A stretch of DNA of 64,000 bases from an uncultured Bacilli bacterium. GTDB lineage: Bacteria > Bacillota_I > Bacilli_A > RF39 > UBA660. The position numbers and the translations under genes are program-made. The stretch's first letter is position 1. Each line of letters begins with the position of its first letter. Shown here piece after piece: positions 35,730 through 46,922 of this stretch. The notes beneath the pieces are model-generated. The model was not told where the DNA came from. It did not search any database and saw nothing but the letters and a program-made list of their open reading frames with translations. The stretch spans positions 7,290 through 71,289 of the forward strand of contig CALVOU010000002.1 in NCBI GenBank assembly GCA_944350365.1, read 5' to 3'.

Positions 35730-37004
35730 ATGGAACGAAAAATAACAGCAGATCTTCTTAAATGGAAAAAAGAAGTCAGTAGAAAACCTTTATTACTATA
35801 TGGAAATAAACAAATTGGAAAAACCTATAGTGTAATCGAATTTGGCGAGAAAGAGTATAAGACAGTAGCTTATATCAATAGTGACAATAATATCCCATTA
35901 CTGACCATTATGAAAAAGGAGCGGACAATCGACAAAATAATCGCTAAGCTATCTTTATTAGTAGGAGAACCTATTTTAAAAACAGATACCCTAGTGATTA
36001 TCGATAATGTAAGTGATGAGGAAATCGTTAAAGGGGTAAAGAAGTTCGGCAAGGAACAAAATGATTACCATATCATTATGATTACTTCCCATAAAGAAAA
36101 ACTACCTGTTTTTAAAGGGGAAGAATTACAGTATAAATACATGTTTGCTATAGACTTTGAAGAATATCTAAGAGCGGTCAATAATCTAGAATTGATCGAA
36201 TTTATCAAAACTTCATATCGAAATAATAAACCGATGCCTTTCCACCAATTGGCTTTAGATTATTACGAAGAGTATTTAGTAACTGGTGGAATGCCAGAAG
36301 TAGTACAAGCCCATTTAAATGGGGAGTCTGATTTAAAATTAAAAATGATTCAGGAAAAGATACTAGATTGTTACAAAAAAGAACTTTTAGAAATAGAAAA
36401 TACGATTGATATCGTTAGAGCTAACGAAGTATTGAACATTGTTCCTTACCAATTACTCAAGCCGAATCGCAAATTCCAGTATGGATTGATGCGTACCGGT
36501 GGTAGAAGTAAAGACTATGAGAAAGCATTGGAGTACTTATCTCTAACCGGAATTGTGTATAAATGCCACAAGGTAACTGAAGTAACTCCACCACTTAGTA
36601 AGTGTAAAGATGTGGAAAGCTTTAAATTATATCTAAATGACACAGGTATTCTCTATATGATGATGCATTTATCCAAAATAAAATTACTTTCTGATGATAA
36701 TTTGAAGTATATTTTATACGAAAATAGTGTAGCGAATGCAATCATGAGTAGTGGATATAATCTATATTATTATCAATCAGAAGGAAAAGCAGAGGTACCA
36801 TTCGTCATTCAAACACGAAGTGGAAAGATTATTCCAGTAGAAATTGTGAATAAAAATGTTTCTAAAGCAAAATCCTTATCTTTATTCATGAGTAGATTTA
36901 ATATCAACGAAGCAATTAGAATAACAGAAGATAATTTTGGACTCAAAAAGAACGTAAAATATATTCCGATATATGCATCATTCTGTTTAAAGGACAATAA
37001 CTGA
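35730..37004 (+). CDS. AAA-family ATPase (AAA_14 plus DUF4143 architecture)
   Basis: P-loop-like LLLYGNKQIGKTY. The start was set at ATG 35730, 9 nt after AAGGAGG. 425 aa. Confidence 0.7.
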   Translation: MERKITADLLKWKKEVSRKPLLLYGNKQIGKTYSVIEFGEKEYKTVAYINSDNNIPLLTIMKKERTIDKIIAKLSLLVGEPILKTDTLVIIDNVSDEEIVKGVKKFGKEQNDYHIIMITSHKEKLPVFKGEELQYKYMFAIDFEEYLRAVNNLELIEFIKTSYRNNKPMPFHQLALDYYEEYLVTGGMPEVVQAHLNGESDLKLKMIQEKILDCYKKELLEIENTIDIVRANEVLNIVPYQLLKPNRKFQYGLMRTGGRSKDYEKALEYLSLTGIVYKCHKVTEVTPPLSKCKDVESFKLYLNDTGILYMMMHLSKIKLLSDDNLKYILYENSVANAIMSSGYNLYYYQSEGKAEVPFVIQTRSGKIIPVEIVNKNVSKAKSLSLFMSRFNINEAIRITEDNFGLKKNVKYIPIYASFCLKDNN

Positions 37005-37450
37005 TGGAGTTAAAAGAATTTCATGTTGAGAATAAAATGGAAATTGCTTCTTGTTTAGCCTTGATACGAACGGAATTTAATATCGTAGAAGAAGAGAAAG
37101 AGGAAGAAATCATTTCTCATTTACCAGGAGAATGCTTCTTTCTTGGCATGGTATCAGAAGAGAAAAAAGTAGTAGGTACTTTGTTGGTGACAAAAAGCTA
37201 CGAGCCCCTAAAACTTGTCTATAAATATGTAATCGATTATGTAGTTGTTGATTCCTCCTATCGCGGGCAAAAAATTGCGACTAAGTTAATAGAGTACGTA
37301 ATTCAAAAGGCAAAAGTAGAGGCTATTAGCTACTTAGAATTAACATCTAATCCGAAAAGAGCAATCGCTCGTCACATTTATCAAAAATTAAGCTTTCAAG
37401 CTAAAGGTACCGATGTATTTAAAAGAAATATAGAAAATAATGAAAAATAG
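37004..37450 (+). CDS. GNAT family N-acetyltransferase
   Basis: 148 aa with the motif YRGQKIATKLIEYV; it overlaps the upstream stop. Confidence 0.7.
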   Translation: MELKEFHVENKMEIASCLALIRTEFNIVEEEKEEEIISHLPGECFFLGMVSEEKKVVGTLLVTKSYEPLKLVYKYVIDYVVVDSSYRGQKIATKLIEYVIQKAKVEAISYLELTSNPKRAIARHIYQKLSFQAKGTDVFKRNIENNEK

Positions 37451-37478
37451 AAACAAAACGACAAAAACAGAAAGAAGG

Positions 37479-38984
37479 ATGAAAATGAAACCAATATTAT
37501 TAACCATTATTGATGGTTTTGGATTAAGAGAAGAGACTAAAGGAAATGCCACGAAGTTGGCTAGTAAACCTACATTTGATTTTTTGTGGAATACTTATCC
37601 CCACAGCAAGCTAGAAGCGAGTGGTGAACAAGTAGGTCTTCCAGCCGGACAGATGGGAAATTCTGAAGTAGGCCATTTAAATATTGGTGGCGGTAGAATT
37701 GTCTACCAACCTTTAGAGTTAATTTCAAAAGAAATTAGGGAAGGGAAATTCTTTGACAATGAAGAGTTGAAAAAAGTAATGGCTCATGTCAATGAAAATG
37801 ATTCCAAACTACACATTTTTGGACTATTAAGTGATGGTGGAATTCATTCTCACATTAATCATATTTTAGCTTTACTTGATATGGCCAAAAGAGAAGGAGT
37901 AAAGCGCGTTTATGTCCATGCTTTTCTAGACGGAAGAGACACACTTCCTGATGTTGCTTGCCAGTACCTAGACCAATTACAAGCCAAAATTAATGAACTA
38001 AATTTAGGAAGTATCGCCGATGTTTCTGGTCGTTACTATTCGATGGATAGAGAAAGAATGTGGAACTTAACGGAGCGTTATTATAAATTACTTGTCAAAA
38101 AAGAAGCTCCAGTCATTAAGGATTATCATACCTATATTGAAGAAGAGTATCAAAAGAAGATCTTTGATGAATTTATTGAACCAGCTATTCTAGATGAAAA
38201 TAGTAACCTAGAAGAAAATGATGGCTTGATCTTCGCTAATTTTAGACCAGATCGCGCAACGCAAACATTTACGGCAATTACGAATCCAGATTTTAAAGAA
38301 TTTGATACCGTAAAGTTCAAGAATATCAAGTTAGTTACTATGATGCCAGTAGAAAAAACAATTATTTGTACTAATGCTTATTCCCATGTGACTGTACCTA
38401 ATTCTTTAGGGGTATATTTATCAAAATGTGGGAAAAAAGTATTACGTATCGCTGAAGCAAGCAAATATCCACACGTTACTTACTTCTTTGATGGTGGTGA
38501 AGAATTAGATTTACCAGGTACAGATAAAATTATCGTACCTAGAAAAGATGTAGCAACCTACGATATGGCACCAGAAATGTCTGCCTATGAAATTGGTGAT
38601 AAACTAGAAGAAGTTATGGCAAATTACGATGTGATTATCTTGAATTTTGCAAACTGTGATATGGTAGGGCACACAGGAAACTTAGAAGCAGCAATTAAAG
38701 CAGTAGAAGCAGTAGATGAGAACTTAGGAAGAATCTATGCGAAGATTCAAGAATTAGGAGGTTTACTCATTGTAACTGCTGACCACGGAAATTGTGAGCT
38801 TATGATCGATGAAAACGACAACGTCATTACTTCTCATACGACCAATAAAGTGCCATTTATCATCTGTAATCCTGATTATATTCCTCATGATGGAAAACTT
38901 GGTGATATCGCACCAACAATTCTAGAAATTATGAATTTAGAAATTCCTCAGGAGATGACAGGAGAAAGTTTGCTTTCCAAATAA
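37479..38984 (+). CDS. gpmI: 2,3-bisphosphoglycerate-independent phosphoglycerate mutase
   Basis: iPGM N-terminus MKPILLTIIDGFG, catalytic Ser region and metal-binding His/Asp residues. The start is 37479 or 37485. Confidence 0.9.
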   Translation: MKMKPILLTIIDGFGLREETKGNATKLASKPTFDFLWNTYPHSKLEASGEQVGLPAGQMGNSEVGHLNIGGGRIVYQPLELISKEIREGKFFDNEELKKVMAHVNENDSKLHIFGLLSDGGIHSHINHILALLDMAKREGVKRVYVHAFLDGRDTLPDVACQYLDQLQAKINELNLGSIADVSGRYYSMDRERMWNLTERYYKLLVKKEAPVIKDYHTYIEEEYQKKIFDEFIEPAILDENSNLEENDGLIFANFRPDRATQTFTAITNPDFKEFDTVKFKNIKLVTMMPVEKTIICTNAYSHVTVPNSLGVYLSKCGKKVLRIAEASKYPHVTYFFDGGEELDLPGTDKIIVPRKDVATYDMAPEMSAYEIGDKLEEVMANYDVIILNFANCDMVGHTGNLEAAIKAVEAVDENLGRIYAKIQELGGLLIVTADHGNCELMIDENDNVITSHTTNKVPFIICNPDYIPHDGKLGDIAPTILEIMNLEIPQEMTGESLLSK

Positions 38985-38987
38985 TAA

Positions 38988-39023
38988 ACAAATAGGGCTA
39001 GAAATAGTTCTATTTGTTTTTTT
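38988..39023 (+). terminator. Strong intrinsic terminator AACAAATAG-13 nt-CTATTTGTT followed by TTTTT
   Basis: Seen directly, 4 nt after the gpmI stop. Confidence 0.7.
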
Positions 39024-39209
39024 CTATCCTTATTATATATATAACTAAATTAATTAATGCTTACTCGGAAACTTCGAATAACGAAAAGGAAATAACTCCT
39101 AGCTATTGAAAAAGTGGAAAACTACTACTTCTTTTCTTAAGAAAAAAACTCTATTTGTGTCAAAAAGACAAAAGTCCTTGAAAAACAAACAAATTTCTTC
39201 AAAAAGTGC

Positions 39210-39238
39210 TTGCTTTTTAGGAGGACCCATGCTATAAT
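39210..39238 (+). promoter_or_regulatory. S10-operon promoter TTGCTT-17-TATAAT
   Basis: Seen directly, about 120 nt upstream of rpsJ. Confidence 0.5.
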
Positions 39239-39360
39239 TTTAGGCGTGTGGCTGCTTAGATGTGTAAGGTTGCTGATACACCGGGTTAAGTTGTTAATTG
39301 GAATCAGGTTATTTACACGGAGCATGTCTATACTAGATATAGGCGAAGGGAGGATTCAAA
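39239..39360 (+). other. Long 5' leader of the S10 ribosomal-protein operon (potentially structured regulatory UTR)
   Basis: About 120 nt lie between the promoter and the rpsJ RBS. Complementary GTGTG/CACAC and TGTAAGG/..TTACACGG segments are present. The ORF-track ORFs here are judged non-coding. Confidence 0.35.
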
Positions 39361-39675
39361 ATGTCAAAAGGAAATGTTCGCATCAACTTACAAGCATATG
39401 ATCATAGAATTCTAGATAGTGCTGCAAAAAAAATAGTAGAAACGGTCACAAGATCAGGTGGAGAAATTAGTGGACCAGTTCCATTACCAACTAAGATCGA
39501 AAAGTTTACCGTTTTAAGAGCTGTTCACATAAATAAAGATAGTCGTGAACAATTCGAAATGCGTACACACAAAAGACTTATTGATGTCAAGAACCCAAGC
39601 AAGGAAACAATCGATGCATTAACGCATTTAGATTTGCCAAGCGGTGTTGATATTAAAATCAAAGTAGAACAATAA
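39361..39675 (+). CDS. rpsJ: 30S ribosomal protein S10
   Basis: [19 protein letters not shown]...; 104 aa. Confidence 0.95.
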   Translation: MSKGNVRINLQAYDHRILDSAAKKIVETVTRSGGEISGPVPLPTKIEKFTVLRAVHINKDSREQFEMRTHKRLIDVKNPSKETIDALTHLDLPSGVDIKIKVEQ

Positions 39676-39693
39676 TTATAGGAGGAAAAAAGT

Positions 39694-40446
39694 ATGAAAG
39701 GAATCTTAGGTACAAAAGTAGGAATGACTCAAGTATTTACTACTTCAGGAAAATTAATCCCTGTTACCGTAATCGAAGTAAAACCTAATGTAGTTACTCA
39801 AATCAAAACAGTAGCAAACGAAGGTTATGACGCTATCCAATTAGGTTACGAAACAGTTAAACCAAAAGCTAGTAACAAAGCAAAAATGGGTCATACAAAC
39901 AAAGCAAATACCGAGCCTAAGCGCTTCTTAAGAGAAATTAGGGGAGTAAATACTAGTGATTATGAACTAGGTCAAGAAATCAAAGCCGATATCTTCACAA
40001 AAGGAGAAGTAGTCGACGTAACAGGAGTAAGTAAAGGAAAAGGTTTCCAAGGTGTTATCAAGAGACATAATCAATCTCGTGGACCTATGGGACATGGTAG
40101 TCAATACCATAGAGGTGTTGGTTCATTAGGTACAATGTTACCAATGCACGTTCTAAAAGGAAAGAAACTTCCAGGTCATATGGGTAACGAAACAACAACA
40201 ATCCAAAACCTTGAAATCGTTGACGTTGACTTAGAAAACAATGTTATTTTAGTAAAAGGTAACGTTCCAGGTCCTAAAAAATCTTTAGTTATGATTAAAA
40301 CTTCAGTAAAAAAAGGAGAAAAAGTAAACGATAGTGAAGAACTAATCACTTACGAAGATCCTACTACTGAACAACAAGAAGCTGAGATTGAAGCTCAAGA
40401 TGCAGTAGATGAAGTAGAAACTGAAGAAACCGAAGTTAACGAATAA
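39694..40446 (+). CDS. rplC: 50S ribosomal protein L3 with an about 40-aa acidic C-terminal extension
   Basis: L3 core through ...[11 protein letters not shown], then [36 protein letters not shown]. Confidence 0.95.
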   Translation: MKGILGTKVGMTQVFTTSGKLIPVTVIEVKPNVVTQIKTVANEGYDAIQLGYETVKPKASNKAKMGHTNKANTEPKRFLREIRGVNTSDYELGQEIKADIFTKGEVVDVTGVSKGKGFQGVIKRHNQSRGPMGHGSQYHRGVGSLGTMLPMHVLKGKKLPGHMGNETTTIQNLEIVDVDLENNVILVKGNVPGPKKSLVMIKTSVKKGEKVNDSEELITYEDPTTEQQEAEIEAQDAVDEVETEETEVNE

Positions 40447-40501
40447 TCATCACAAATTAAAATAAGTAAAGAGTAATGTGATAGATAAGGAGGAATTAAA
40501 G

Positions 40502-41098
40502 ATGGAAAAACTAAAGGACGTTAAATTAAATAAAGAGTTACTTGCAATCGAACCTAATGAAAAAGTCTTATATGACGCAATCATCTTAGCTCAAGCATCA
40601 TTAAGGCAAGGAACTCACTCAACAAAAAATCGTAGTGAAGTACGTGGCGGTGGAAGAAAACCATGGCGTCAAAAAGGAACAGGACATGCTCGTCAAGGAT
40701 CTATCCGTGCCGTACAATGGGTAGGCGGTGGAAGATATGGTACACCAGTTCCTAGAGATTATTCTAAAAAACAAAATCGTAAAGAAAGAAGATTAGCATT
40801 ACAAACTGCTTTCTTAAATTTATATAACGAAAAAAATATTATCGCAGTAGACGAGTTAGTTTTAAATACACCTAAGACAAAAGAGATGATTCAAGTACTA
40901 AGTGATTTAGAATTAAATGATAAAAAAGTATTAATCATCGTTAACGAATTAGACGAGAACCTAATTCTTGCATCTAGAAACTTACCAAATATTATGGTAA
41001 TCGAACCTACAGAAATGAACGTCTTAGACTTAGTAAATACTAACGTTGTCTTAACGACAAAAGAGACAATGAAAAAAATCGAGGAGGTGCTTAAGTAA
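40502..41098 (+). CDS. rplD: 50S ribosomal protein L4
   Basis: Start at the ATG after AAGGAGGA. L4 core: [19 protein letters not shown]. Confidence 0.95.
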   Translation: MEKLKDVKLNKELLAIEPNEKVLYDAIILAQASLRQGTHSTKNRSEVRGGGRKPWRQKGTGHARQGSIRAVQWVGGGRYGTPVPRDYSKKQNRKERRLALQTAFLNLYNEKNIIAVDELVLNTPKTKEMIQVLSDLELNDKKVLIIVNELDENLILASRNLPNIMVIEPTEMNVLDLVNTNVVLTTKETMKKIEEVLK

Positions 41099-41382
41099 TG
41101 GATACTAAATACTTAGAGATTATCAAAGCGCCAGTCATTACCGAGAAAGCCGGTAGTTTAGCTCAAATGAAGAATCAATACGTATTTAAAGTAGATTCAA
41201 GAGCAAATAAAACCGAAATCAAACAAGCAATTGAAAAAATATTCAAAGTAAAAGTAGAAGAAATTCGTACAATTAATGTTAAACCAAAGAAAAGAAGAGT
41301 TGGTCGTTATACTGGATTGACAAACCGCACGAAAAAAGCGATTGTCACTTTAGCAGAAGGTCAATCAATCGAACTTAATTAG
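41098..41382 (+). CDS. rplW: 50S ribosomal protein L23
   Basis: TAATG overlap with rplD; 94 aa. Confidence 0.95.
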   Translation: MDTKYLEIIKAPVITEKAGSLAQMKNQYVFKVDSRANKTEIKQAIEKIFKVKVEEIRTINVKPKKRRVGRYTGLTNRTKKAIVTLAEGQSIELN

Positions 41383-41396
41383 AAGGAGGGTTACTC

Positions 41397-42227
41397 ATGT
41401 CAGTAAGAAACTACAAGCCGATTACACCGGGGCAAAGAAAGAGAAGTACTTTAGTAAATGAAGAAATTACAAAGTCTACTCCAGAAAAAAGTCTAGTAGT
41501 TAGCTTAAAGAAAAATGGTGGTCGTAACAATCAAGGTAGAATTACCGTTAGACATCAAGGTGGCGGAGCTAAGAGAAAATATCGTATTATTGATTTTAAA
41601 CGTAATAAACGTGATATTCCAGGTACCGTTGCTAGTATCGAATACGACCCAAACAGAACGGCAAATATTGCCTTAATTAATTATTCAGATGGTGAAAAGA
41701 GATATATCATCGCTCCAAAAAGTTTGAAAGTAGGAGATAAAATCGTTAGCGGAGAAAACGCAGACATCAAAGTAGGAAACGCTCTACCGCTTATGAATAT
41801 TCCAGTAGGTACGATGATTCACAATATCGAACTTCGTCCTGGTAAGGGAGGAGAACTTGCTCGTTCAGCAGGAGCTTCAGCACAAATCCTAGGACGTGAA
41901 GGAAATTACGTAATGGTAAGGCTTTCAAGTGGCGAACAAAGATTAATTCTTGGTACTTGTTATGCAACGATCGGTGAAGTTGGTAACGAAGATAAAGGAT
42001 TAGTTAGATTAGGAAAAGCAGGACGTACTCGTCATTTAGGTATTCGTCCAACAGTTCGTGGTAGTGTAATGAACCCTAATGATCACCCACATGGTGGTGG
42101 TGAAGGACGTGCACCAATCGGTCGTAAAGGCCCAGTTACTCCTTGGGGTAAACCAGCACTTGGTTACAAAACACGTAAGAAAAAAGCGTCTGATAAATTT
42201 ATCGTACGTCGTCGTAATAGTAAATAG
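41397..42227 (+). CDS. rplB: 50S ribosomal protein L2
   Basis: 276 aa, with [13 protein letters not shown]. Confidence 0.97.
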   Translation: MSVRNYKPITPGQRKRSTLVNEEITKSTPEKSLVVSLKKNGGRNNQGRITVRHQGGGAKRKYRIIDFKRNKRDIPGTVASIEYDPNRTANIALINYSDGEKRYIIAPKSLKVGDKIVSGENADIKVGNALPLMNIPVGTMIHNIELRPGKGGELARSAGASAQILGREGNYVMVRLSSGEQRLILGTCYATIGEVGNEDKGLVRLGKAGRTRHLGIRPTVRGSVMNPNDHPHGGGEGRAPIGRKGPVTPWGKPALGYKTRKKKASDKFIVRRRNSK

Positions 42228-42245
42228 GAAAGGAAGATTAGAAAA

Positions 42246-42515
42246 ATGGCTAGAAGTTCAAAGAAGAAACCTTATGTTTTTGAAAGATTATTAGATAAGG
42301 TTAATAAGTTAAATGAAACCGGAAAAAAAGAAGTCATTAAAACTTGGTCACGTCGTTCAACTATCTATCCTGCATTTATTGGACATACATTCGCAGTACA
42401 TAATGGAAAAGAATTTATTCCAGTTTATGTAACTGAAGATATGGTAGGACATAAACTTGGTGAATTCGCACCTACGCGTAAGTTTGGTGGACACGGCGAC
42501 AATAAAAAGAAATAG
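42246..42515 (+). CDS. rpsS: 30S ribosomal protein S19
   Basis: 89 aa, with TWSRRSTI. Confidence 0.95.
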   Translation: MARSSKKKPYVFERLLDKVNKLNETGKKEVIKTWSRRSTIYPAFIGHTFAVHNGKEFIPVYVTEDMVGHKLGEFAPTRKFGGHGDNKKK

Positions 42516-42534
42516 TGACTAGGAGGAGAGAAAT

Positions 42535-42867
42535 ATGGAAGCAAGAGCAATCGCAAAAACTCTTAGAGTATCACCAATTAAAGCTCGTTTAGTCGTAGAT
42601 TTAATTCGTGGTAAACAGGTAAATGATGCCTTAGTTATTTTAAATAACATGAATAAAAAGCCTGCTCGCCTTACAAAGAAAGTATTAGTTTCTGCAATCA
42701 GTAACGCAGTCAACAATAATGGTGCAAACCAAGATGAACTTTACGTAAAAGAGGCAAGAGTAGATGCTGGTCCAGTTATGAAACGTCATATGTTTGACTC
42801 ACGTAGTCATATTGGACATAAGGATAAAAGAACAAGTCACATCGTCATCGTTGTGGCAACGAGATAA
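42535..42867 (+). CDS. rplV: 50S ribosomal protein L22
   Basis: 110 aa. Confidence 0.95.
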   Translation: MEARAIAKTLRVSPIKARLVVDLIRGKQVNDALVILNNMNKKPARLTKKVLVSAISNAVNNNGANQDELYVKEARVDAGPVMKRHMFDSRSHIGHKDKRTSHIVIVVATR

Positions 42868-42888
42868 TCTAATAAGGAGGGTTATATA

Positions 42889-43542
42889 ATGGGTCAAAAG
42901 GTAAATCCTAACGGACTTAGACTTGGAATAAACAAAGACTGGGACTCAAAATGGTATGCGAACAAAAAAGACTATGCAAAGTTTTTAAATAACGATATCA
43001 AAATTCGTGAATACTTTGCTAAGAATCTTAAAGACGCAGCTGTTTCTAAAGTACAAGTAGAGAGAAATTCTAAGAGAACAGAGATTGTTGTTCATACGGC
43101 TAAACCTGGTGTTATCATTGGTCGTGGTGGCGAAGCAATCGAAAAGTTAAAGAAAGAAATTTCAAAAGAAATTGGCGAAGAAGTACAAATTTCTATCGTC
43201 GATATCAAAAAGCCAGATATCAATGCACAGATTGTAGCAAACTCTATTGCTAATCAAATCGAAAATCGTGCATCGTTCAGAATGGCACAAAAAAGAGCAA
43301 TTAGAAATGCTATGAAGTCAGGCGCTAAAGGAATTAAAACTTTAGTATCAGGACGTCTTGGTGGCGCTGATATGGCTCGTAGTGAAGGATATACAGAAGG
43401 AACTATTCCTCTACATACACTTCGTGCCGATATCGATTATGCAACTGCTGAAGCAGATACAACATTTGGAAAAATCGGTGTTAAGGTATGGATCTACAAG
43501 GGTGAAATTCTTCCTTCAAAAAAGGCTAAAGGAGGTAATTAA
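42889..43542 (+). CDS. rpsC: 30S ribosomal protein S3
   Basis: 217 aa, with a KH domain [11 protein letters not shown]. Confidence 0.95.
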   Translation: MGQKVNPNGLRLGINKDWDSKWYANKKDYAKFLNNDIKIREYFAKNLKDAAVSKVQVERNSKRTEIVVHTAKPGVIIGRGGEAIEKLKKEISKEIGEEVQISIVDIKKPDINAQIVANSIANQIENRASFRMAQKRAIRNAMKSGAKGIKTLVSGRLGGADMARSEGYTEGTIPLHTLRADIDYATAEADTTFGKIGVKVWIYKGEILPSKKAKGGN

Positions 43543-43544
43543 TC

Positions 43545-43976
43545 ATGTTAATTCCATCTAGAACAAAGTATCGTCGTGTTCATAGATTACCTTACGAAGG
43601 TCATGCTAAGGGAAATACAACATTAGATAAAGGTGAATATGGATTAATGGCAAAAGAAGGTGCTTGGATTACTTCAAACCAAATCGAAGCAGCACGTATT
43701 GCAATGACACGTTATATGAAACGTGGTGGAAAAGTATGGATTAATATTTTCCCACATATGCCTTTAACGAAGAAACCAATTGGTACACGTCAAGGTAAAG
43801 GTAAAGGTAATGTAGAAGCATGGGTAGCTGTTGTTAAAACAGGAAAGATCATGTTCGAAATTGCTGGAGTAGACGAAGCTACTGCTCGTGAAGCACTTCG
43901 TTTAGCTTCTCATAAATTACCAATCAAAACAAAATTTGTAAAAAAAGAAGATGGTGGTGAGATAAATGAAGGTTAA
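43545..43976 (+). CDS. rplP: 50S ribosomal protein L16
   Basis: 143 aa. Confidence 0.95.
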   Translation: MLIPSRTKYRRVHRLPYEGHAKGNTTLDKGEYGLMAKEGAWITSNQIEAARIAMTRYMKRGGKVWINIFPHMPLTKKPIGTRQGKGKGNVEAWVAVVKTGKIMFEIAGVDEATAREALRLASHKLPIKTKFVKKEDGGEINEG

Positions 43977-44166
43977 AGAAATAAGAGAACTAACCACTGA
44001 AGAAATCGTTGCGAAGATCAAAGAAGCAAAAGAAGAATTATTTAATTTAAGATTACAACAAGCAACAGGAAATTTAGAAAAACCTTCAAGAATAAGAGAT
44101 TTGAGACATTACGTAGCTCGTTTAAAAACAGTGTTACGTGAGCGTGAAGAATCGGAAAATAATTAA
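43966..44166 (+). CDS. rpmC: 50S ribosomal protein L29
   Basis: 66 aa. Confidence 0.9.
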   Translation: MKVKEIRELTTEEIVAKIKEAKEELFNLRLQQATGNLEKPSRIRDLRHYVARLKTVLREREESENN

Positions 44167-44177
44167 GGAGGGTTTAC

Positions 44178-44438
44178 ATGAGAGAATCAGTTAAGAAAGA
44201 ATTAGTTGGTACAGTAGTAAGTGCTTGTAACAACAAGACTATTACTGTCAAAGTAGAGACATATAAAAAACATCCTAAGTATGGCAAAAGAGTAAAATAT
44301 TCTAAAAAATATGCCGCTCATGATGAATCAAATAAAGCGAAAGTAGGAGATACCGTTAGAATCGTAGAATGTAAACCAATTTCTAAGACAAAACACTTCT
44401 ATTTAGCAGAAATCGTAAAAGAAGCAGTTATTCTATAA
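44178..44438 (+). CDS. rpsQ: 30S ribosomal protein S17
   Basis: 86 aa. Confidence 0.95.
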   Translation: MRESVKKELVGTVVSACNNKTITVKVETYKKHPKYGKRVKYSKKYAAHDESNKAKVGDTVRIVECKPISKTKHFYLAEIVKEAVIL

Positions 44439-44464
44439 CTCTTAGGTGAAGGAGGAAATAATTT

Positions 44465-44833
44465 ATGTTACAGCAAGAAAGCCGTTTAAAAGTAGCTGAT
44501 AACTCTGGTGCGAAAGAACTATTAGTCATTCGTGTACTAGGGGGAAGCAAAGTAAAAACTGGTAATATCGGTGACATAGTTGTTGGTACAGTAAAAGATG
44601 CCACACCTAATGGAACTGTGAAAAAAGGAAAAGTTGTAAAAGCTGTTATCGTAAGAAGTAAACAAGGTGTCCGTCGTGATGATGGAAGTTACATTAAATT
44701 CGACGATAATGCTTGCGTAATCATTAAAGACGATAAGAGTCCAATCGGAACTCGTGTCTTTGGACCAGTAGCAAGAGAACTTCGTGACAAAGATTTTATG
44801 AAAATAGTATCTTTAGCTAAAGAAGTGCTATAA
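44465..44833 (+). CDS. rplN: 50S ribosomal protein L14
   Basis: 122 aa. Confidence 0.95.
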   Translation: MLQQESRLKVADNSGAKELLVIRVLGGSKVKTGNIGDIVVGTVKDATPNGTVKKGKVVKAVIVRSKQGVRRDDGSYIKFDDNACVIIKDDKSPIGTRVFGPVARELRDKDFMKIVSLAKEVL

Positions 44834-44844
44834 AGGAGGATATT

Positions 44845-45156
44845 ATGAAACTTAAAGTTGGAGACAAAGTAAGAGTAATAGCCGGGTCTAGTAAAGGTGT
44901 CGAAGGAAAAATAACAAAGACTTTTAAAGATGAGAACAGAGTAATCGTCGAAGGAGCTCATATTGTTAAAAAACATAAAAAAGGAAACGGTCAAGAGACG
45001 GGTGGAATTCTTGAAGTAGAAGCACCAATCGATGCTTCCAATGTTATGTTGATCGATCCAAAAACAAAGAAGACCACTAGAATCGGTTATACGATCGATG
45101 AAAAAACAAATAAAAAATGTAGAATTTCTAAAAAATCAAACGAGAAGATTGATTAA
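44845..45156 (+). CDS. rplX: 50S ribosomal protein L24
   Basis: 103 aa, with KVGDKVRVIAG. Confidence 0.95.
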   Translation: MKLKVGDKVRVIAGSSKGVEGKITKTFKDENRVIVEGAHIVKKHKKGNGQETGGILEVEAPIDASNVMLIDPKTKKTTRIGYTIDEKTNKKCRISKKSNEKID

Positions 45157-45174
45157 TTGGAAGGAGGGTAATAT

Positions 45175-45714
45175 ATGAACCGCCTAAAAGAAAAATATCT
45201 TAATGAAGTAGTTCCAAGTTTAATTGAGAAAAATGGCTACAAAACGATAATGGAAGTGCCAAAATTAGAAAAAGTAGTAATTAATATCGGTGTTGGAGAT
45301 GCGACAAGCAATTCTAAATTAATCGATGCTGCTGTTAAAGATCTAGAGATGATTGCAGGACAAAAACCAGTCATTACTAAAGCAAAGAAATCAATAGCTG
45401 GTTTCAAAGTAAGAGAAGGACAATCAATCGGTTGTAAAGTAACATTACGTGGAGAAAACATGTATAGCTTTATCGATAAATTGATTTCTATCGCTCTACC
45501 ACGTGTTCGTGATTTCAGAGGAGTTTCTCCTAAAGCGTTCGATGGAAGAGGAAATTATACATTAGGAATCAAAGAACAACTAATCTTCTCAGAGATCGAT
45601 TATGATAATATCGCAAAAGTACGTGGAATGGATATCGTTTTCGTTACAACGGCGAAGACTAATGAAGAAGCGTATGACTTGTTAGATAAACTTGGAATTC
45701 CTTTTAGAAAGTAA
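45175..45714 (+). CDS. rplE: 50S ribosomal protein L5
   Basis: 179 aa. Confidence 0.95.
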   Translation: MNRLKEKYLNEVVPSLIEKNGYKTIMEVPKLEKVVINIGVGDATSNSKLIDAAVKDLEMIAGQKPVITKAKKSIAGFKVREGQSIGCKVTLRGENMYSFIDKLISIALPRVRDFRGVSPKAFDGRGNYTLGIKEQLIFSEIDYDNIAKVRGMDIVFVTTAKTNEEAYDLLDKLGIPFRK

Positions 45715-45726
45715 TAGGAGGATATT

Positions 45727-45912
45727 ATGGCAAAGAAAAGTATGAAAGTAAAGGCTAATAGAAAACAAAAATTCAAAGTACGTGAATATACACGTTGCGA
45801 AAGATGTGGTAGACCTCATGCAGTAATGAGCAAATTTGGAATCTGCCGTATTTGTTTTAGAGAATTAGCAAACAAAGGACAAATACCAGGTGTGAAGAAA
45901 TCAAGCTGGTAG
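45727..45912 (+). CDS. rpsZ: 30S ribosomal protein S14 type Z (zinc-binding, 61 aa)
   Basis: CxxC...CxxC: [20 protein letters not shown]. Confidence 0.95.
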   Translation: MAKKSMKVKANRKQKFKVREYTRCERCGRPHAVMSKFGICRICFRELANKGQIPGVKKSSW

Positions 45913-45932
45913 GGAAGGAGGATTTAATTAAT

Positions 45933-46334
45933 ATGGCTGTAGTAACAGATACAATCGCAGATATGCTTACGAGAATTCGTAATGCTAATAGTATGCGTTA
46001 TACGGAAGTTAAAGTGCCTGCTTCTAAACTAAAATTAGAACTTGCTAGAATTTTAAAAGAAGAAGGATTTATAAAGGACTATAAAGTGTTAGATGAAAAT
46101 GTACAAGGTACAATTCTTATCACATTAAAATATGGTCCAAACAAAGAACGAGTAATCACAGGATTAAAGAGAATTTCTAAACCTGGATTAAGAGTTTATG
46201 CAAAAGCAGAAGATGTACCAAAAGTGTTGAATGGGTTAGGAATTGCGATTATTTCTACATCACGTGGAATCATGACCGACAAAGAAGCTCGTAAACAAAC
46301 ACTAGGTGGAGAAGTACTAGCTTATATTTGGTAA
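45933..46334 (+). CDS. rpsH: 30S ribosomal protein S8
   Basis: 133 aa. Confidence 0.95.
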   Translation: MAVVTDTIADMLTRIRNANSMRYTEVKVPASKLKLELARILKEEGFIKDYKVLDENVQGTILITLKYGPNKERVITGLKRISKPGLRVYAKAEDVPKVLNGLGIAIISTSRGIMTDKEARKQTLGGEVLAYIW

Positions 46335-46355
46335 AATCGAAGGAGGTGCGAGATA

Positions 46356-46892
46356 ATGAGTCGTATTGGAAATAGAATAATTGTAGTACCTGAAGGTGTA
46401 ACTGTAACAAGTGAAGACAATCATATTCATGTTAAAGGACCTAAAGGAGAATTATCACTCGCTTTAGGAAAAGGAATTACAGTAAATATCGAAGGAAATA
46501 ATGTTTCTGTTTTAAGAGCAAACGATGAGAAAACGACAAAAGCAATGCATGGAACAATGAATGCACGTATTCATAACATGATCGAAGGTGTAATGCATGG
46601 CTTTAAAAAAGGATTAGAGATCATCGGTGTAGGTTATCGTTTCAATGTAAAAGGATCTACATTAGTGATCAGTGCTGGATATTCTCATCCAGTTGAGCTT
46701 GAAATACCAGCTGGTATTCAAGTAGAAGCAACATCGAATACAGAGATTACCGTAAGTGGAATCGATAAAGTGTTAGTAGGTGAATTTGCAGCTAAAATCA
46801 GAAAAGTAAGAGAACCTGAACCATACAAAGGAAAAGGTATCCGTTACAAAGATGAACATGTTCGTCGTAAAGAAGGAAAGAAAGCTGCTTAA
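46356..46892 (+). CDS. rplF: 50S ribosomal protein L6
   Basis: 178 aa. Confidence 0.95.
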   Translation: MSRIGNRIIVVPEGVTVTSEDNHIHVKGPKGELSLALGKGITVNIEGNNVSVLRANDEKTTKAMHGTMNARIHNMIEGVMHGFKKGLEIIGVGYRFNVKGSTLVISAGYSHPVELEIPAGIQVEATSNTEITVSGIDKVLVGEFAAKIRKVREPEPYKGKGIRYKDEHVRRKEGKKAA

Positions 46893-46922
46893 TAATAAAT
46901 AAGTAGAAGGGAGAAGTTACTT

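Noticed and set aside
39137-39401. Two ORFs (39137-39325 on the minus strand, 39210-39401 on the plus strand) in the S10 leader
   Set aside because: They overlap the S10 promoter and leader and the rpsJ start. They are much more likely to be untranslated regulatory RNA.
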